DNA from: Scyliorhinus canicula | Taxonomy: Eukaryota | Assembly (NCBI RefSeq): GCF_902713615.1 | Contig: NC_052151.1 | Span: forward strand, 94,633,304-94,697,303 | Reading direction: 5' to 3' | Length of the DNA: 64,000 bases | Shown here: one piece after another, positions 49,381 through 62,520 of the stretch | Layout: each line of letters begins with the position of its first letter | Position numbering within the stretch: position 1 is the stretch's first letter | Program-made: the position numbers and the translations under genes | Notes under the pieces: generated by a model | Database searches by the model: none | Seen by the model: only the letters and a program-made list of their open reading frames with translations | What the model was told of the DNA's origin: nothing

Positions 49381-51108
49381 TCAGTAATTGGGATATGCTA
49401 AATGAATACTTACTAAATTAATACTTTTCGTCAGTATTCACTCAGGAAAAAGATAATGTTGTGGAGGAGAATGCTGAGACCCAGGCTATTAGAATAGATG
49501 GCATTGAGGTGCGTAGGGAAGCAGTGTTGGCAATTCTGGACAAGGTGAAAATAGATAAGTCCCCGGGGCCTGATGGGATTTATCCTAGGATTCTCTGGGA
49601 AGCCAGGGAAGAGATTGCTGAGCCTTTGGCTTTGATTTTTATGTCATCATTGGGTACAGGAATAGTGCCAGAGGACTCGAGGGTAGCAAATGTGGTCCCT
49701 TTGTTCAAGAAGGGGAGTAGAGATAACCCCGGTAACTATAGGCCGGTGAGCCTCACGTCTGTTGTGGGTAAAGTCTTGGAGAGGATTATAAGAGATACGA
49801 TTTATAATCGTCTAGATAGGAATAATATGATTAGGGATAGTCAGCATGGTTTTGTGAAGGGTAGGTCATGCCTCACAAACCTTATCGCGTTCTTTGAGAA
49901 GGTGACTGAACAGGTAGACGAGGGTAGAGCAGTTGATGTGGTGTATATGGATTTCAGTAAAGCGTTTGATAAGGTTCCCCACGGTCGGCTATTGCAGAAA
50001 ATACGGAGGCTGGAGATTGAGGGTGATTTAGAGATGTGGATCAGAAATTGGCTAGTTGAAAGAAGACAGAGGGTGGTGGTTGATGGCAAATGTTCAGAAT
50101 GGAGTTCAGTTACGAGTGGCGTACCACAAGGATCTGTTCTGGGGCCATTACTGTTTGTCATTTTTATAAATGACCTAGAGGAGGGCACAGAAGGTTGGGT
50201 GAGTAAATTTGCAGACGACACTAAAGTCGGTGGAGTTGTAGACAGTGTGGAAGGATGTTGCAGGTTACAGAGGGACATAGATAAGCTGCAGAGCTGGGCT
50301 GAGAGGTGGCAAATGGAGTTCAATGTAGAGAAGTGTGAGGTGATTCACTTTGGAAAGAAAAACAGGAATGCGGAATATTTGGCTAATGGTAAAATTCTTG
50401 GCAGTGTGGATGAGCAGAGGGATCTCGGTGTCCATGTACATAGATCCCTGAAAGTTGCCACCCAGGTTGATAGGGTTATGAAGAAAGCCTATGGTGTGTT
50501 GGCCTTTAGTGGTAGAGGGATTGAGTTCCGGAGCCATGAGGTCATGTTGCAGCTGTACAAAACTCTGGTACGGCCGCATTTGGAGTATTGCGTACAGTTC
50601 TGGTCGCCTCATTATAGGAAGGACGTGGAAGCTTTGGAACGGGTGCAGAGGAGATTTACCAGGATGTTGCCTGGTATGGAGGGAAAATCTTATGAGGAAA
50701 GGCTGATGGACTTGAGGTTGTTTTCGTTAGAGAGAAGAAGGTTAAGAGGTGACTTAATAGAGGCATACAAAATGATCAGAGGGTTAGATAGGGTGGACAG
50801 TGAGAGCCTTCTCCCGCGGATGGAGGTGGCTAGCACGAGGGGACATAGCCTTAAATTGAGGGATAATAGATATAGGACAGACGTCACAGGTAGGTTTTTT
50901 ACGCAAAGAGTGGTGAGGCCGTGGAATGCCCTACCTGCAACAGTAGTGAACTCGCCAACATTGAGGGCATTTAAAAGTTTATTGGATAAGCATATGGATG
51001 ATAATGGCATAGTGTAGGTTAGATGGCCTTTAGTTTTTGACTTCCCATGTCGGTGCAACATCGTGGGCCGAAGGGCCTGTACTGCGCTGTATCGTTCTAT
51101 GTTCTATG
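49381..51108 (+). mobile_element. 5'-truncated young CR1 with uninterrupted RT ORF (49461-51017, 518 aa)
   Basis: KSPGPDG, NYRPVSLTS, GVPQGSVLGP, FADD; (TTCTATG)n tail. Confidence 0.95.
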
Positions 51109-51431
51109 CTCTGCAGTGCCTCGGCCATGCCCATCTGAGAGTGGGACATGTGCCGCACCACCTCATCAAACTCACCCTGGTACTAGGTGACATCCCCCAG
51201 TGAGTCGGACATTCTGCCGAGACCCTCAGCCATGGTTGTCACCGGGTGTGCGACACCTTGGACATCTTCACGTGGTGAATCAGATGGTCGCCAGTGTTGC
51301 CTTTGCTGTCACTCATTGCTGGTGATATCTCCTGTGCCGTAGCCTCCAAATGGCTATGGATCTGTTGGGATAACGCTGACATCCCCCTCTGAATATTCCG
51401 GCTGCTCCCCATCATCTCCATCAGCTCCGGG

Positions 51432-52607
51432 TTTGATTTGATTTGATTTATTGTCACATGCACCGAAGAACAGTGAAAAGTATTTTTCTGCGGCCGAGGG
51501 AACACACACAGTATGTACATAGTAGACAAAGAGAATAATCAACAGAGTATATTGACAAATGGTACATCGACAAACAATGATTGGTTACAGTGCGGAAGAA
51601 GGGGCCAAACAAAGCAAATACATGAGCAACACCGGCGTCGTGAAGTGTTCTTACACGGAACATTCCGAGGAGGAGTCGTTGAGGAGTCTTGTAGCTGTGG
51701 GGAAGAAGCTGTTCCTATGTCTGGATGTGTGGGTCTTCAGACTTCTGAACCTTCTGCCTGATGGAAGGGTCTGGAAGAAGGTAATGTCTGGGAGGAAGGG
51801 GTCGTTGATAATGCTGTCTGCCTTCCTGAGGCAGCAGGAGGTGTATCCAGAATCAATGTGAGGGTGGCAAGCTTGTGTGATGCATTGGGCTGAGTTCACC
51901 ACACTCTACAGTTTCTTAGGATCTTGGACCGAGCAGTTGCCATACCAGGTTGTGATGCAGCTGGGTAGGATGCTCTCTGTCGCACATCTGTAGAAATTTG
52001 AGAGATTCGATGCAGACATGTCAAATTTCTTTAGCTTCTATAGGAAGGAGAGACTTTGTTGGGCTTTCTTGACTGTTGCATCAATGTGAGTGGACCAGGG
52101 CAGACTGTTGGTGATGGTGACCCCCAGGACATTAAAGCTATCGACTATCTCCACTTCGGTGCCATTGATGCAGACGGGAGTGTGTGTCGTGCTACGCTTC
52201 CTGAAGCCGATGATCAGTTCCTTGGTCTTTCCAACATTTAGAGAGAGGTTGTTTTCGGTACACCATGCAACAAAGTGATTTATCTCCCTCCTGTAGTCTG
52301 ATTCGTCGTTGTTTGAGATACGGCCCACCACAGTTATATCATCCGCAAACATATAGATTGAGTTGGAGTTAAATCTTGCCACACAGTTCTATGTGTATAG
52401 GGAGTACAGCAGAGGAGTGAGCACACATCCTTGCGGGGCCCAGGTGTTTAAGACTATTGTGGAGGAGGTGCTGTTGCCTCGCCTGACAGATTGCGGTCTG
52501 TTGGTGAGGAAGTCAAAAATCCAGCTGCACAAGGAGGGGTCAATTCCAAGATTGCAGCGTTTGGTTATTAGTCTTGTTGGGATAATGGTGTTGAAGGCGG
52601 AGTTGAA
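51432..52607 (-). mobile_element. 5'-truncated Rex1/Babar-like LINE
   Basis: FADDITVVGRISNNDES..NLSLNVGKTKEL; tail caataaatcaaatcaaatcaaa. Confidence 0.88.
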
Positions 52608-53954
52608 GGGTAACTCTATACCACAAGCTCAGCATCAGGCTGGGACCCAGCTGGGTCCTGGGATCCTGCAGACCTCCAACTGCTGTCTAGCCTGGGGGTT
52701 CCTGCCTTCACCTGATGCGCATCAGTGACTGTGTGGTGCCCCCGCTTCCTGTCCACTAATATGTCCCACCAAGGTGTGCGTATCTGCACTGATGGAGGGT
52801 GAGGATGACAGCTGTGCCACGACTATAACAGTGGCATCCTCAGAGCTCTCCTCCGAGGTGGTCTCCTGGGAGACTGGAGTGTGCGCCGCCCGGGATGGGC
52901 CGGCGCCATCGGCTGAAGGGCCTGTTGGAGAATGGACATGTGGTCAGTGGGAGGGATGGATCAGTCAGTAAGGCAATAACAACTCACGTTTGACAGGTCC
53001 TCCAGATGGAGCCCAGTGGTTCCTCACCTCTGAGCATCCACCAACCTCCCTGTCTGTCCTCGGCCAACCCAGTCACCTCCTGGGCACGCTACTCGAAGGA
53101 GGTGAGGATTCTCAAGTCCGGCACCCCACCGCCAGTCTGGGCCCTCTCCCAATGCTAATGGGAGAGCTTTTCCTGAGGAGACACAGATGGGATATTGGTA
53201 GCCACACACATGGTTCACTGTGGTGGGGAGGGGGGTGAAGAAAGGGTTGAAGGGTGAGGGGGGTGGAGTGAAGAATGGGGAGTTGGAGAGGTGGATGCCT
53301 CCTTGCGGGGGGTGAGGGGTGTAGGTGTCTGTGCACTCGTGCTGCCCGGTGTAAGTCGTTGATCTTTTTCGACACTGGAGCCCAGTCCTCCTGGTCACAC
53401 ACCCCGAGCTCACCCCTGCCGCCACCTTGTCCCAGGCAGCACTGATTCGCCTATACCTCACCCTCCGTACCCTAGGGGTAACAGGACATCCCTCCTGGCA
53501 TCCATTGCGTCTAGAAGCCTACCCAGGTCAGCGTCCCTGAATCCTGGGGCTGGTCTCCTGGGCACCATTGTTGTGAGCTGGCTGGGGTTGGATGAGCAAG
53601 TGCTGCTTAAGTGCTGCTCGACCTTATTAGTGGGAGCTGGCAATCAGCCTGCGAGCCTTCATTTGCGGTGAGAAGCCCGTGAGGCCTTGTTAAGTGGACC
53701 AATTAATGTTGAATTGCGTTGCCGGCCTCACTAGGCCGAACGCTGGGAAGCTCGCAGCAAATCCTGCTTGCTACCACACTTTGTTTCCGGAGATTCGCGC
53801 CCAGTGATCCAGCAAAGAATACAAACTGCACCAGAATGGTAAGGCTCGAGGCACCACAAATGATGAGCACTGCGGTGGGGGGGGGGGGGGGGGGGGGGGG
53901 GTGTTGCGGAAAATTGCACAGAAACCAGGATTGGTGCTGTTCTGTTGCTTGAGT

Positions 53955-54115
53955 GTCTTTGAGACAGATAGATAGGTTCTTGGTTAATAAGGCGATCAGA
54001 GGTTATGGGGAGAAGGCAGGAGAATGGGGATGGGAAAAATATCAGCCATGATTGAATAGCAGAGCAGACTTGATGGGCCTAGTTGCCTAATTCTGCTTCT
54101 ATGTCTTATGGTCTT
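53955..54115 (+). mobile_element. CR1 3' tail fragment
   Basis: atcagccatgattgaatagc...ttctatgtcttatggtctt. Confidence 0.7.
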
Positions 54116-54589
54116 GAGTTCCCAGCCAGCGACGGCAGCGAGCTACATGCCATGCACCAACACGAGGCTGCAAATGGGTCATTTGAACCCATTTGCATCC
54201 AATTGACAAGTGGGATACCCAATTCCCCATGCCTCGGTGATACTCCGGCCCTCTTGGCTGGGATTCATGCGGACGTTGATTGTTGCAAGTATCTGTCAGC
54301 ATGGCCCTAGTCGGTCGGTCAAGGGCGAAGTATGTAAAGTAAGTGCCCCAAATTCCATCAGAGGCCTCCCCAGAATGCAAATTCTGTTCACCCCACCCCC
54401 ACAGCTCCCCACATCAGAAAGCCCCCATGTCAGAGACACCCACATCAGACACACCCCATATCAAAGAGAAATAACTTTTAGTAGGTTGCAATTCACAGGG
54501 TAATGGCTCCAGATTGCCAGATGTTTAGTTTGTTTATTTTCATCTCCCTTCACTCTTGAATGCATCTCCAGTACCCTGCTGCAAAGCTT

Positions 54590-54805
54590 TTTTTAAATAA
54601 ATTTAAAGTGCCCAATCTTTTTTGGGCAATTTAGCATGCCCAATTCACCTACCCTGCACATCTTTGGGTTGTGGGGGTGACACTCACGCAGACACGGGAG
54701 TATGTGAAAACGCCACATGGACAGTGACCAGGGTCAGGATTGATCCCAGGTCCTCAGCCCCATTAGGCAGCAGTGCTATCCACTGTGTCACCATGCCACC
54801 CTGCC
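54590..54805 (-). mobile_element. Short SINE within an inverted-repeat element (arms ~54470-54560 / 54890-54970)
   Basis: SINE core reverse complement; flanking arms tttgtttattttcatctcccttca / tgaagggagatgaaaataaacaa. Confidence 0.7.
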
Positions 54806-55029
54806 CCTGCTGCAAAGCTAACCACAATTTTCATGTCACTGTGATTGACAGGTCATAACCTCATCAAGCCCACTTAAGTGCTTTCTGCTGTCAAGCATGA
54901 AGGGAGATGAAAATAAACAATCCAGACACTTGGCTGTCAGTTACAGCCTACCAAAAGCTATTTCTCTTTGAAAGTTAATATAGGTCTCGCAGATCAAAGC
55001 ATCTGAGGGAGGGTAAAAGCTTTGTGATA

Positions 55030-55333
55030 TGTTTTGGCTTTCTATGAAGTAACAGCTGCTTTCTACACTTCTGTTGGAGGCAGCAGCTAAAAAGCAATGA
55101 TTTTTCACTGTTTCTGCCTGGACTGCTCTTTGGATTGGATTTGGATTTTGTTTATTGTCACTTGTACCAAGGCACAGTTAAAAGTATTTTTCTGCACCTT
55201 GGTACACGTGACAATAAACAAAATCCAAATCCAATCCAAAGAGCAGTCCAGGCAGAAACTGTGAAAAGTCACTGCTTTTTAGCTTACCTGTCTCGCTGCA
55301 GAAGCAGCTGTTACTTCATAGAAAGCCAAAGCA
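55030..55333. repeat. ~300-bp quasi-palindrome
   Basis: Arms ~55030-55172 and ~55196-55333 are reverse complements; inner ~60 bp nearly perfect. Confidence 0.9.
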
Positions 55334-56379
55334 CAGCAGAAGAGGGGGGCAAGGATGGGCGTTATGGAGGGGGGTGGGGTGGGGTAGTGGCGGCGAGAGT
55401 GGCCAACCAGTGGACCTCGGTATCAGGCCGTCCACTCACAATGGTGGGCCGACAGCGGCATTCTGAACGGAATCCTGGGATTTCCCCGCCATGTATACAT
55501 TTCGGAGAATGAATTGTTGCTGGGCACCACTCCTAGCGCCAGCATAGACCAGAAGCCATTCTACCCTGGCAAGAGAAGGTAGTCTCACAAGCGGAGAATT
55601 CTCCCTGGGTCTCACTAAAATGGAGTGGTGTTGCATACAGCCAGTCATTGCAGTCGTGAAAAATATGGATGTTGCTAGCATTGCACTGGTCCTCAGGAAT
55701 ACAGTCATGGCACATGCCACAATTTCAATGGTGATTTTTTTTTATCAGCATGTGCAATTATTATGGTCTTTCATGCTATTTTGTGGATTTTTAAAAGTGT
55801 CCACAGAAACACTATCTACTGTTTGAAACTGCGTAGGATTATGATCATCAATATAGATAAAATGTCTGAACAGCTTTCAGAAGTTAAAAATTCCAGCATA
55901 ATCTCATCATTGAAAATTCAAAGCCCTGCTTAGTAACAAAAAGATTATCCAAACGAAAAAGGTAGTTCATCTTAAAAATTGGAAAATTGTCAAATTTATA
56001 AAATAGAACAAACATTATTTTATGCTAATTCGTGTTGATTACACTTGAAATACTAGCCACTGTAAATAGAAGGGGTAATAATTAAAGAGGAAAAAAAATC
56101 AGCATATAAATCAGAACTACTCAAATAATGGTTTAACAGAAAGCAATTTAAAATTAAATGTGGTTACTATTAGACTATCAAAGTAACAATATCAATGAAG
56201 GAAGCTGTAAGATTAATCTCAAATATACGTACAAATTTCAGAACTAAAGGGAAGCAAATGTGAGCCTAAAATCAGCAACTGATCCATTCTAAAGACTGGT
56301 CTAATCTTGTCTTGAATGTTGAATCATAAAAGCATGGTTTTAGGTCATGGCCAATATGTACCATTACCTCTATGAACCA

Positions 56380-56800
56380 AAGACATAGGAGCTTGCTCCA
56401 CTATTCACGAAGACTATGGAAGAACTTCCACCTCAATTCCACCTTTTTGCACTATTCCCATATTCTTGGATCCCCTTGGCATCCAAAAAGTGAACCATCC
56501 CTATCTTGAACGTACTGAACAATTGAGCATCTACATGACTCTGAGGTTGAGAATTCCAAAGATTCAAAAACTCTTTGCAAAGACATTTCTCCTTACCTCC
56601 ATTCTAAATTGTCAAACCTTAATTGGAGCCTGTGACCCCCCCCCCCCCCCCCCCCCCCCAGTTTAAGGCAGCCAGGCTAAACATTCTCACAGCATCTACC
56701 CTGTCAAGCCCCTTAAGAATTTTATATGTTCCAATGAAATCATCTCTCATTCTTCTAAAGTCTCGGAAATAATGACCTAGATTACTCAATGTCTCTTCAT
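56380..56800 (-). mobile_element. Old CR1 3' fragment
   Basis: catctaccctgtcaagccccttaagaattttatatgtt..tctctcattcttcta is the reverse complement of the CR1 C-terminal region. Confidence 0.65.
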
Positions 56801-56827
56801 GCCATAAACCCGGAGGTGGATGCTCAC

Positions 56828-57036
56828 CTCAGAAACCTTTTTGCCTCTTTTGGAGCTACTGGCTGGGGTAGAGGCTTGTTGCTATTGAACCCAATATCAT
56901 GAACAGGGGAATTTGGAATTGGCTCCAGGCGGTTGTGCTGCTGATGTTGTCCATTTCCCCCTGCTGCAGATTCCAACGCACTTAGATTTGGGGCACTGAC
57001 AAAGCGATTTGCAATTTTATCATTCTTTTTCTTCTG
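56828..57036 (-). CDS. Internal coding exon of unidentified host gene (QKKKNDKIANRFVSAPNLS...PKEAKRFL)
   Basis: Acceptor ttttcttgtttctattgcag, donor GAG|gtgagc, 209 nt fully open, no TE motifs. Confidence 0.72.
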
Positions 57037-58509
57037 CTGCAATAGAAACAAGAAAATTTAACAAAAATATTAATTCCAAAGTAAGTTCATCATTAATTTA
57101 TTTAATAAATCTACAGTGTGAATATAGATGATCAAAGCTATTCACCTTGAACATAGTAAACACAAACTGTAGGCAACTACAGGATACTAAGCAGATTACA
57201 AAATAAATACTTCTATGAAACAAACCTTAGCTAGAGGATTGATGACTCCGACATTAGGGCTAGCATTAAAAACCTTGTTGAAATTTGTTTCTCTGTTCAC
57301 CAGCTCCAGCTGGTAAAATTTTTTGTCATCCTGTTAAAAATAATTATCAAATATTAAAATATGGATTCTGTAACAATTCCGTTAAATCTTGCTGTAATAT
57401 CTTTTAACATAGTACAATATTCCAAGGTGCTACACAAGAGCTTAAATACTCAAAACATGGCATTAAGACAAAGGAGGAGATATTAGGGCAGGTGACTAAA
57501 AGCTTGGCCAATTCAAATGTTAGAATGTTTAATATAGTCTGGGGCGGGGGGGAGGGGGAGGGGAGAAAAAAGAGAGAGAGAGAGAAAGAGATGGAAGTGC
57601 TTTAGAAAAACAGAGTTTCGGGCCCAGCTAACTTAAGGAAAGGCAGCCAAAGCAGGGACTACATGTTTTAAGTTTGTGGATACACTGCTAATGAAGTAGA
57701 CTTTTTTAGAACCATAAAACCAGAGAAAAGTTACAGCACAGCCAATCAGCCCACCCAGCAAGACTTTCCGGCCCCGTTGCAGCAGATTTCCCTATGGAAT
57801 ATGCAGTGATTCATTTAAATCCCCGTTGACATTGACGGGACCAGAACATCCCACTAGTACCAGAGTCTGAAAAAGCCACTCCATTGTGTCTGTGCTGGTT
57901 GAAAAAAGAAAAAAAAAAAACTATCCACCCATTCTAATTCCACCTCTTGTCTTGGATGGTGTTTAAAATCTAGAATATTAATAAAACTGCTCCAATCCAG
58001 GAAAGAAAGGTTCCATCACACTACTGGCTCGTACATTACAGGTGTTGCCGATTTTTTGGGAAGTAAGGGTGTGAGTCACTCTTCACAGAACTACCAGTCT
58101 ATGACCTGACCCTAGAAGTCACAACAGTTTTCATAGAATTTACAGTGCAGAAGGAGGCCATTTGGCCCATCGAGTCTGCACCGGCTCTTGGAAAGAGCAC
58201 CTGATGTGACCATCAATTCACAAGACACGTGGTTGGAAGTGAACAGTGGTTTTAATAGTCTTACAACTGAGCCTGCCTGCGACAAGATGAACTGGCAGCA
58301 GGCTCACAACTGCAGATCTTTATACTTCCAGTTTGTGGGAGGAGCCATGGGCGGAACCATCTCTCCCTATGGGCAGAGACGCGCAACTGCTCATGTACCG
58401 AGCTGACAGAGACACAACACATACAATATAACACAGTGTGAATTACTAGGATTGTGATTCACCACATTCACCCCCTGTAAAAAAATCAAGTCCTGCGGGG
58501 GGTATGGGT

Positions 58510-61500
58510 CTACAAATTGAGTCGGTCCGGCGGTCGAGTCGTCCTCTGAGATCTACGATGCACCGGGGTTGCAGCGTCTTCTGGTGGCTGGGTGGTGGCG
58601 GTCAGCGAGGGTACCATGGCGGACTCCGGGGGTGATTCGGTCTGAGCTTCGTACCCGACTGGTTCGACTGGTGATGGGGAGCGGCGGAAACCCATAGGCT
58701 TGGGGGCGTGGAGCACGGGCAGTGAACCTGCAGGCGTGTGGGCGCCGGGCGCCGGGCGCGGGGGTTTGGGTGGGGAGGAGTGTGAGGGGCGCCTCGGCGG
58801 TAGTGGTGTCGGAGTTGGATCCTGCAGGCGCCAGGTCCCGGAGGGAAACAGTGTCCTGACGGCCGTCAGGGTATTCGATGAACACGTTTTAGGGGTTCGA
58901 GTGGAGTAGGAGCACTCTCTCCACGAGTGGGTCAGTTTTGTGGGTCCGGACGTGCTTCCGGAGGAGATTCGGGCCCGATGTCTTCAACCATGCTGAGAGC
59001 GAAGCCCCCGTGGTAGTGCCCCTAGAAAAAACAAATAGCCGCTCGTGTGGGGTCTGATTGGTGGCAGTACATAGGAGGGACCTAATAGCATGGAGCGCGT
59101 CGGGGAGGACCCCCTGCCAATGGGAGGTCGCGAGATTCCTGGACCAGAGGTTCAGTAGGACGGTCTTCCAGACCGTCGCATTCTCCCTCTCCACCTGCCC
59201 GTTCCCCCTGGGGTTGTAGCTGGTAGTCCTGCTCGAGGCAATGCCCTTGTCGAGCAGGTACTGACGCAGCTCGTCGCTCATAAAGGAGGAACCCCTGTCG
59301 CTGTGTACATAGCTGGGGAAACCAAACAGGGTGAAGATGCTGTGCAGGGCCCTAATGACTGTGTGAGAGGTCATATCGGGGCATGGGATAGCAAAGGGGA
59401 AGCGGGAGAACTCGTCTATGGCGTTTAAAAAGTACACATTCCGATTGGACGAGGGGAGTGGCCCTTTGAAATCGATGCTCAGGCGTTCAAAGGGCCGGGA
59501 GGCCTTTACCAGGTGGGCCCTGCCTGGTCTATAGAAGTGCAGTTTGCACTCCGCACAGATCGGGCAATCCCTGGTGATGGCTTTTACCTCCTCGGTGGAG
59601 AAAGGCAGATTTCGAGCTTTGACGTAGTGGGCGAGCCGGGTAACCCCCGGGTAGCAGAGGTCATTGTGGATAGCTTTCAGGCGGTCGTCTTGCGCGCTGG
59701 CGCACGTGCCGCGGGACAGGGCATCTGGCGGCTCGTTGAGCTTCCCCGGTCGGTACATGATATCGTACTTGTAGGTGGAGAGTTCGATCCTCCACCATAG
59801 GATCTTATCGTTTTTAATTTTGCCCCTTTGTGAGTTGTCAAACATAAAGGCAACCGATCTTTGGTCGGTGATGAGGGTGAACATCCTACCTGCGAGGTAG
59901 TGCCTCCAGTGACGTATAGCTTCCACGATGGCTTGTGCTTCCTTTTCGACCGAGGAGTGTCGAAGTTCCGAAGAGGAGAGAGTTCGGGAGAAAAAGGCGA
60001 CTGGTCTCCCTGCCTGATTTAGTGTGGCTGTGAGAGCGACCTCTGAGGCATCGCTCTCTACCTGGAAAGGGACGGATTCATCCACCACCCGCATGGCCGC
60101 TTTGGCGATGTCCTCCTTGATGCAGGTGAAGGCCTGGCGAGCCTCATCTGATAAGAGTAAAGAGTGTGGCCTTAAATAGTGGGCGGGCTTTGTCCGTATA
60201 CTGAGGGATCCACTGGGCATAATATGAGAAAAACCCCAGGCACCTTTTGAGGGCCCTGGGACAATGAGGGAGAGGGAGTTGTAAGAGGGGGCATACGGTC
60301 CGGGTCGGGGCCCAGGACTCCGTTTTCCACGACATAGCCGAGGATGGCTAGCCAGGTCGTGCGGAAAACCCATTTCTCTGTGTTATACGTGAGGTTGAGT
60401 TTCTGGGCAGTTTGGAGAAATCGATGGAGGTTAGCGTCGTGGTCCTGCTGATCATAGCCGCAGATGGTGACGTTGTCCAAGTATGGAAACGTGGCCCGCA
60501 GCGCGTACTGGTCCACTATTCGGTCCATTGCTCGTTGGAACACCGAGACTCCATTTCGTGACGCCAAACGGAACCCGGAGGAAGTAGAAGAGGCGGCCGT
60601 CGGCCTCGAACGCCGTGTAGTGACGGTCCTCCGGGCGGATTGTGAGCTGGTGGTAGGCAGACTTCAGATCCACCGTGGAGAATACTTTATAATGGGCGAT
60701 CTGATTCACCATGTCTGCAATCCTGGGGAGGGGGTACGCATCGTGGAGCGTGAACCGATTAATGGTTTGGCTATAGTCCACTACCATTCGGAATTTTTCC
60801 CCGGTCTTGACGACCACCACCTGAGCTCTCCAGGGGTTATTACTCACGTAGAAGCCTATGGACCTTGGTTCTGATAAACACCCTGTCCTGCAGGGGCTGT
60901 CCTGCAGGGGCTGTCCTGCAGGGGCTGTCCTGCAGGGGCTGTCCTGCAGGGGCTGTCCTGCAGGGGCTGTCCTGCAGGGGCTGTCCTGCAGGGGCTGTCC
61001 TGCAGGGGCTGTCCTGCAGGGCTGTCCTGCAGGGGCTGTCCTGCAGGGGCTGTCCTGCGAGTGGCTATGGGTTTGCAGTCCGGCGTGAGATTGGCAAAGA
61101 GTGGAGGGGGGTCGATTTTTAGCGTAGCGAGGCTGCAGATAGTGAGTGGGGGCAAGGGCCCGCCGAAGCGGAGTGTGAGGCTTTTGAGGTTGCACTGGAA
61201 GTCGAGTCCCAGTAAGAGTGGGGCGCAGAGTTCGGGGAGTACGTATAGCTGGAAGTTCGAGTAGCTAGTGCCCTGGATCGTTAGGGTCGCGATGGTGCGC
61301 CCTTGGAGGTGAACAGAGTGAGAGCCCGAAGCGAGGGAGATAGTTTGCCGTGCAGGGAAGATAGGGAGCGAACAGTGTCTTACCAGATCTGGGTGTACGA
61401 AGCTCTCGGTGCTCCCGGAATCAAAGAGGCACGGTGTCCTGTACCCATTGATTTTAACGGTCATCATTGAGTTGCGGAGGTGTTTCGGACGCGACTGGTC

Positions 61501-62520
61501 CAACGTGACCACGCTGATTTGCGGGTAGTCGGCGGCTCCCAAGATGGATCCCAAGATGGCCGCCCCCGTGGATCGCACGTGGCGGGCGGCGAGGAAGATG
61601 GCGCCCTAGATGGTGGCCCCCATGAGTCGCACGTGGCTGACCACGTGGAGGGGGGTTGCCAAGATGGCGGCCTCCATGAGTCGCACGTGTCGGGTGGGGG
61701 CGGAGTCGGAGTACAGGCCGCAGCATTTCGGGGCCTGTGGGCCTGTGAGTTTTGGAAACGAGTGCTCTGGGCTGCGGGAGAGTTTGGAGAGGGGGATTTC
61801 TTCGGCAGGCAGACCCGGGCATAGTGCCCTTTGCGACCGCAGCTGCTGCAGGTCGCGTTGTGGGCCGGGCAGTGGTGCCGTGGGTGCTGGGGCTCTCCAC
61901 AAAAATGGCACACTGGGGCTGCGTAGTGGGTGGGTGGCCGCGCGACGCAGGCCTGGGGCAGTCGCTGATCGGTGGCCCAGGATGGGGTCGCTTGGTCCGC
62001 GGGGAACGAGGTGAGGCTGCGAAACGAGACCTCCATGGTAGTAGCCAATTCTACTGTGTCCTCCAAGTTCTGGGCCCCTTTTTCAAGCAACCGCTAGTTT
62101 GACCTGTGCCCTGCCACGTACACATCTCTGACAGCGAGCTCCATATGCTGTTTGGCTGATACAGCTTGGTAATTACAGTCCCGAGCTGAAGCTTTTAAAT
62201 CGCACAGGAATTCATCCAATGACTCCGCGGGGCGCTGGCGGCAGGTCGTAAAAATGTGGCGCGCATAGACCTCGTTGATGGGCCTCACGTACATTTGATC
62301 TAGCATGGCCAGGGCCTCCATATACGAGGTTAAGTTGAGTAGAGATACGGTGGCTCACCCTTGCGTGCAGTAGACTGAGTTTCTGCTCCTCTGTAGTTTC
62401 TGATGTGCTTGATTCAGCCAGGAAGGCCTTGAAACATCTGAGCCAGTGCTGAAAGATTTATTTCGCCTCTGCAGCCTGCGGGTCGAGTTCTAGTCGATCA
62501 GGTTTGAGGGCTGATTCCAT
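58510..62520 (-). pseudogene. Gypsy B gag-pol, frameshifted
   Basis: ATG 62520; two CCHC knuckles CHFCGEPQHPRHHC / CSSCGRKGHYARVC; protease LFDSGS; RT YLDN; RNase H ESDAS; integrase IDF..IDE..HSDRG..GQVER. Confidence 0.94.
60883..61058. repeat. 14-bp minisatellite (CTGTCCTGCAGGGG) x ~12.6
   Basis: 12 units (one 13-bp variant at 61009) plus 9-nt partial. Confidence 0.97.

Larger units (their letters stand above)
48044..53803. mobile_element. Harbinger-related element (Myb/SANT-like ORF on -), split by CR1 and Rex1 insertions
   Basis: MVPRRPAPGFRDADLGRLLDA..AAWDKVAAGVS..RTGLQCRK at 53570-53340; degenerate TIR-like ends (gtgtaattctc / gagattcgcgccc). Confidence 0.65.

Noticed and set aside
49461-51017. 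Intact 518-aa RT as a domesticated gene
   Set aside because: 5'-truncated CR1 with GTG start and normal tail; intactness is explained by young age
60883-61058. Direct-repeat array as CRISPR; ORFs built from it
   Set aside because: No spacers, eukaryotic context; simple minisatellite giving repetitive translations
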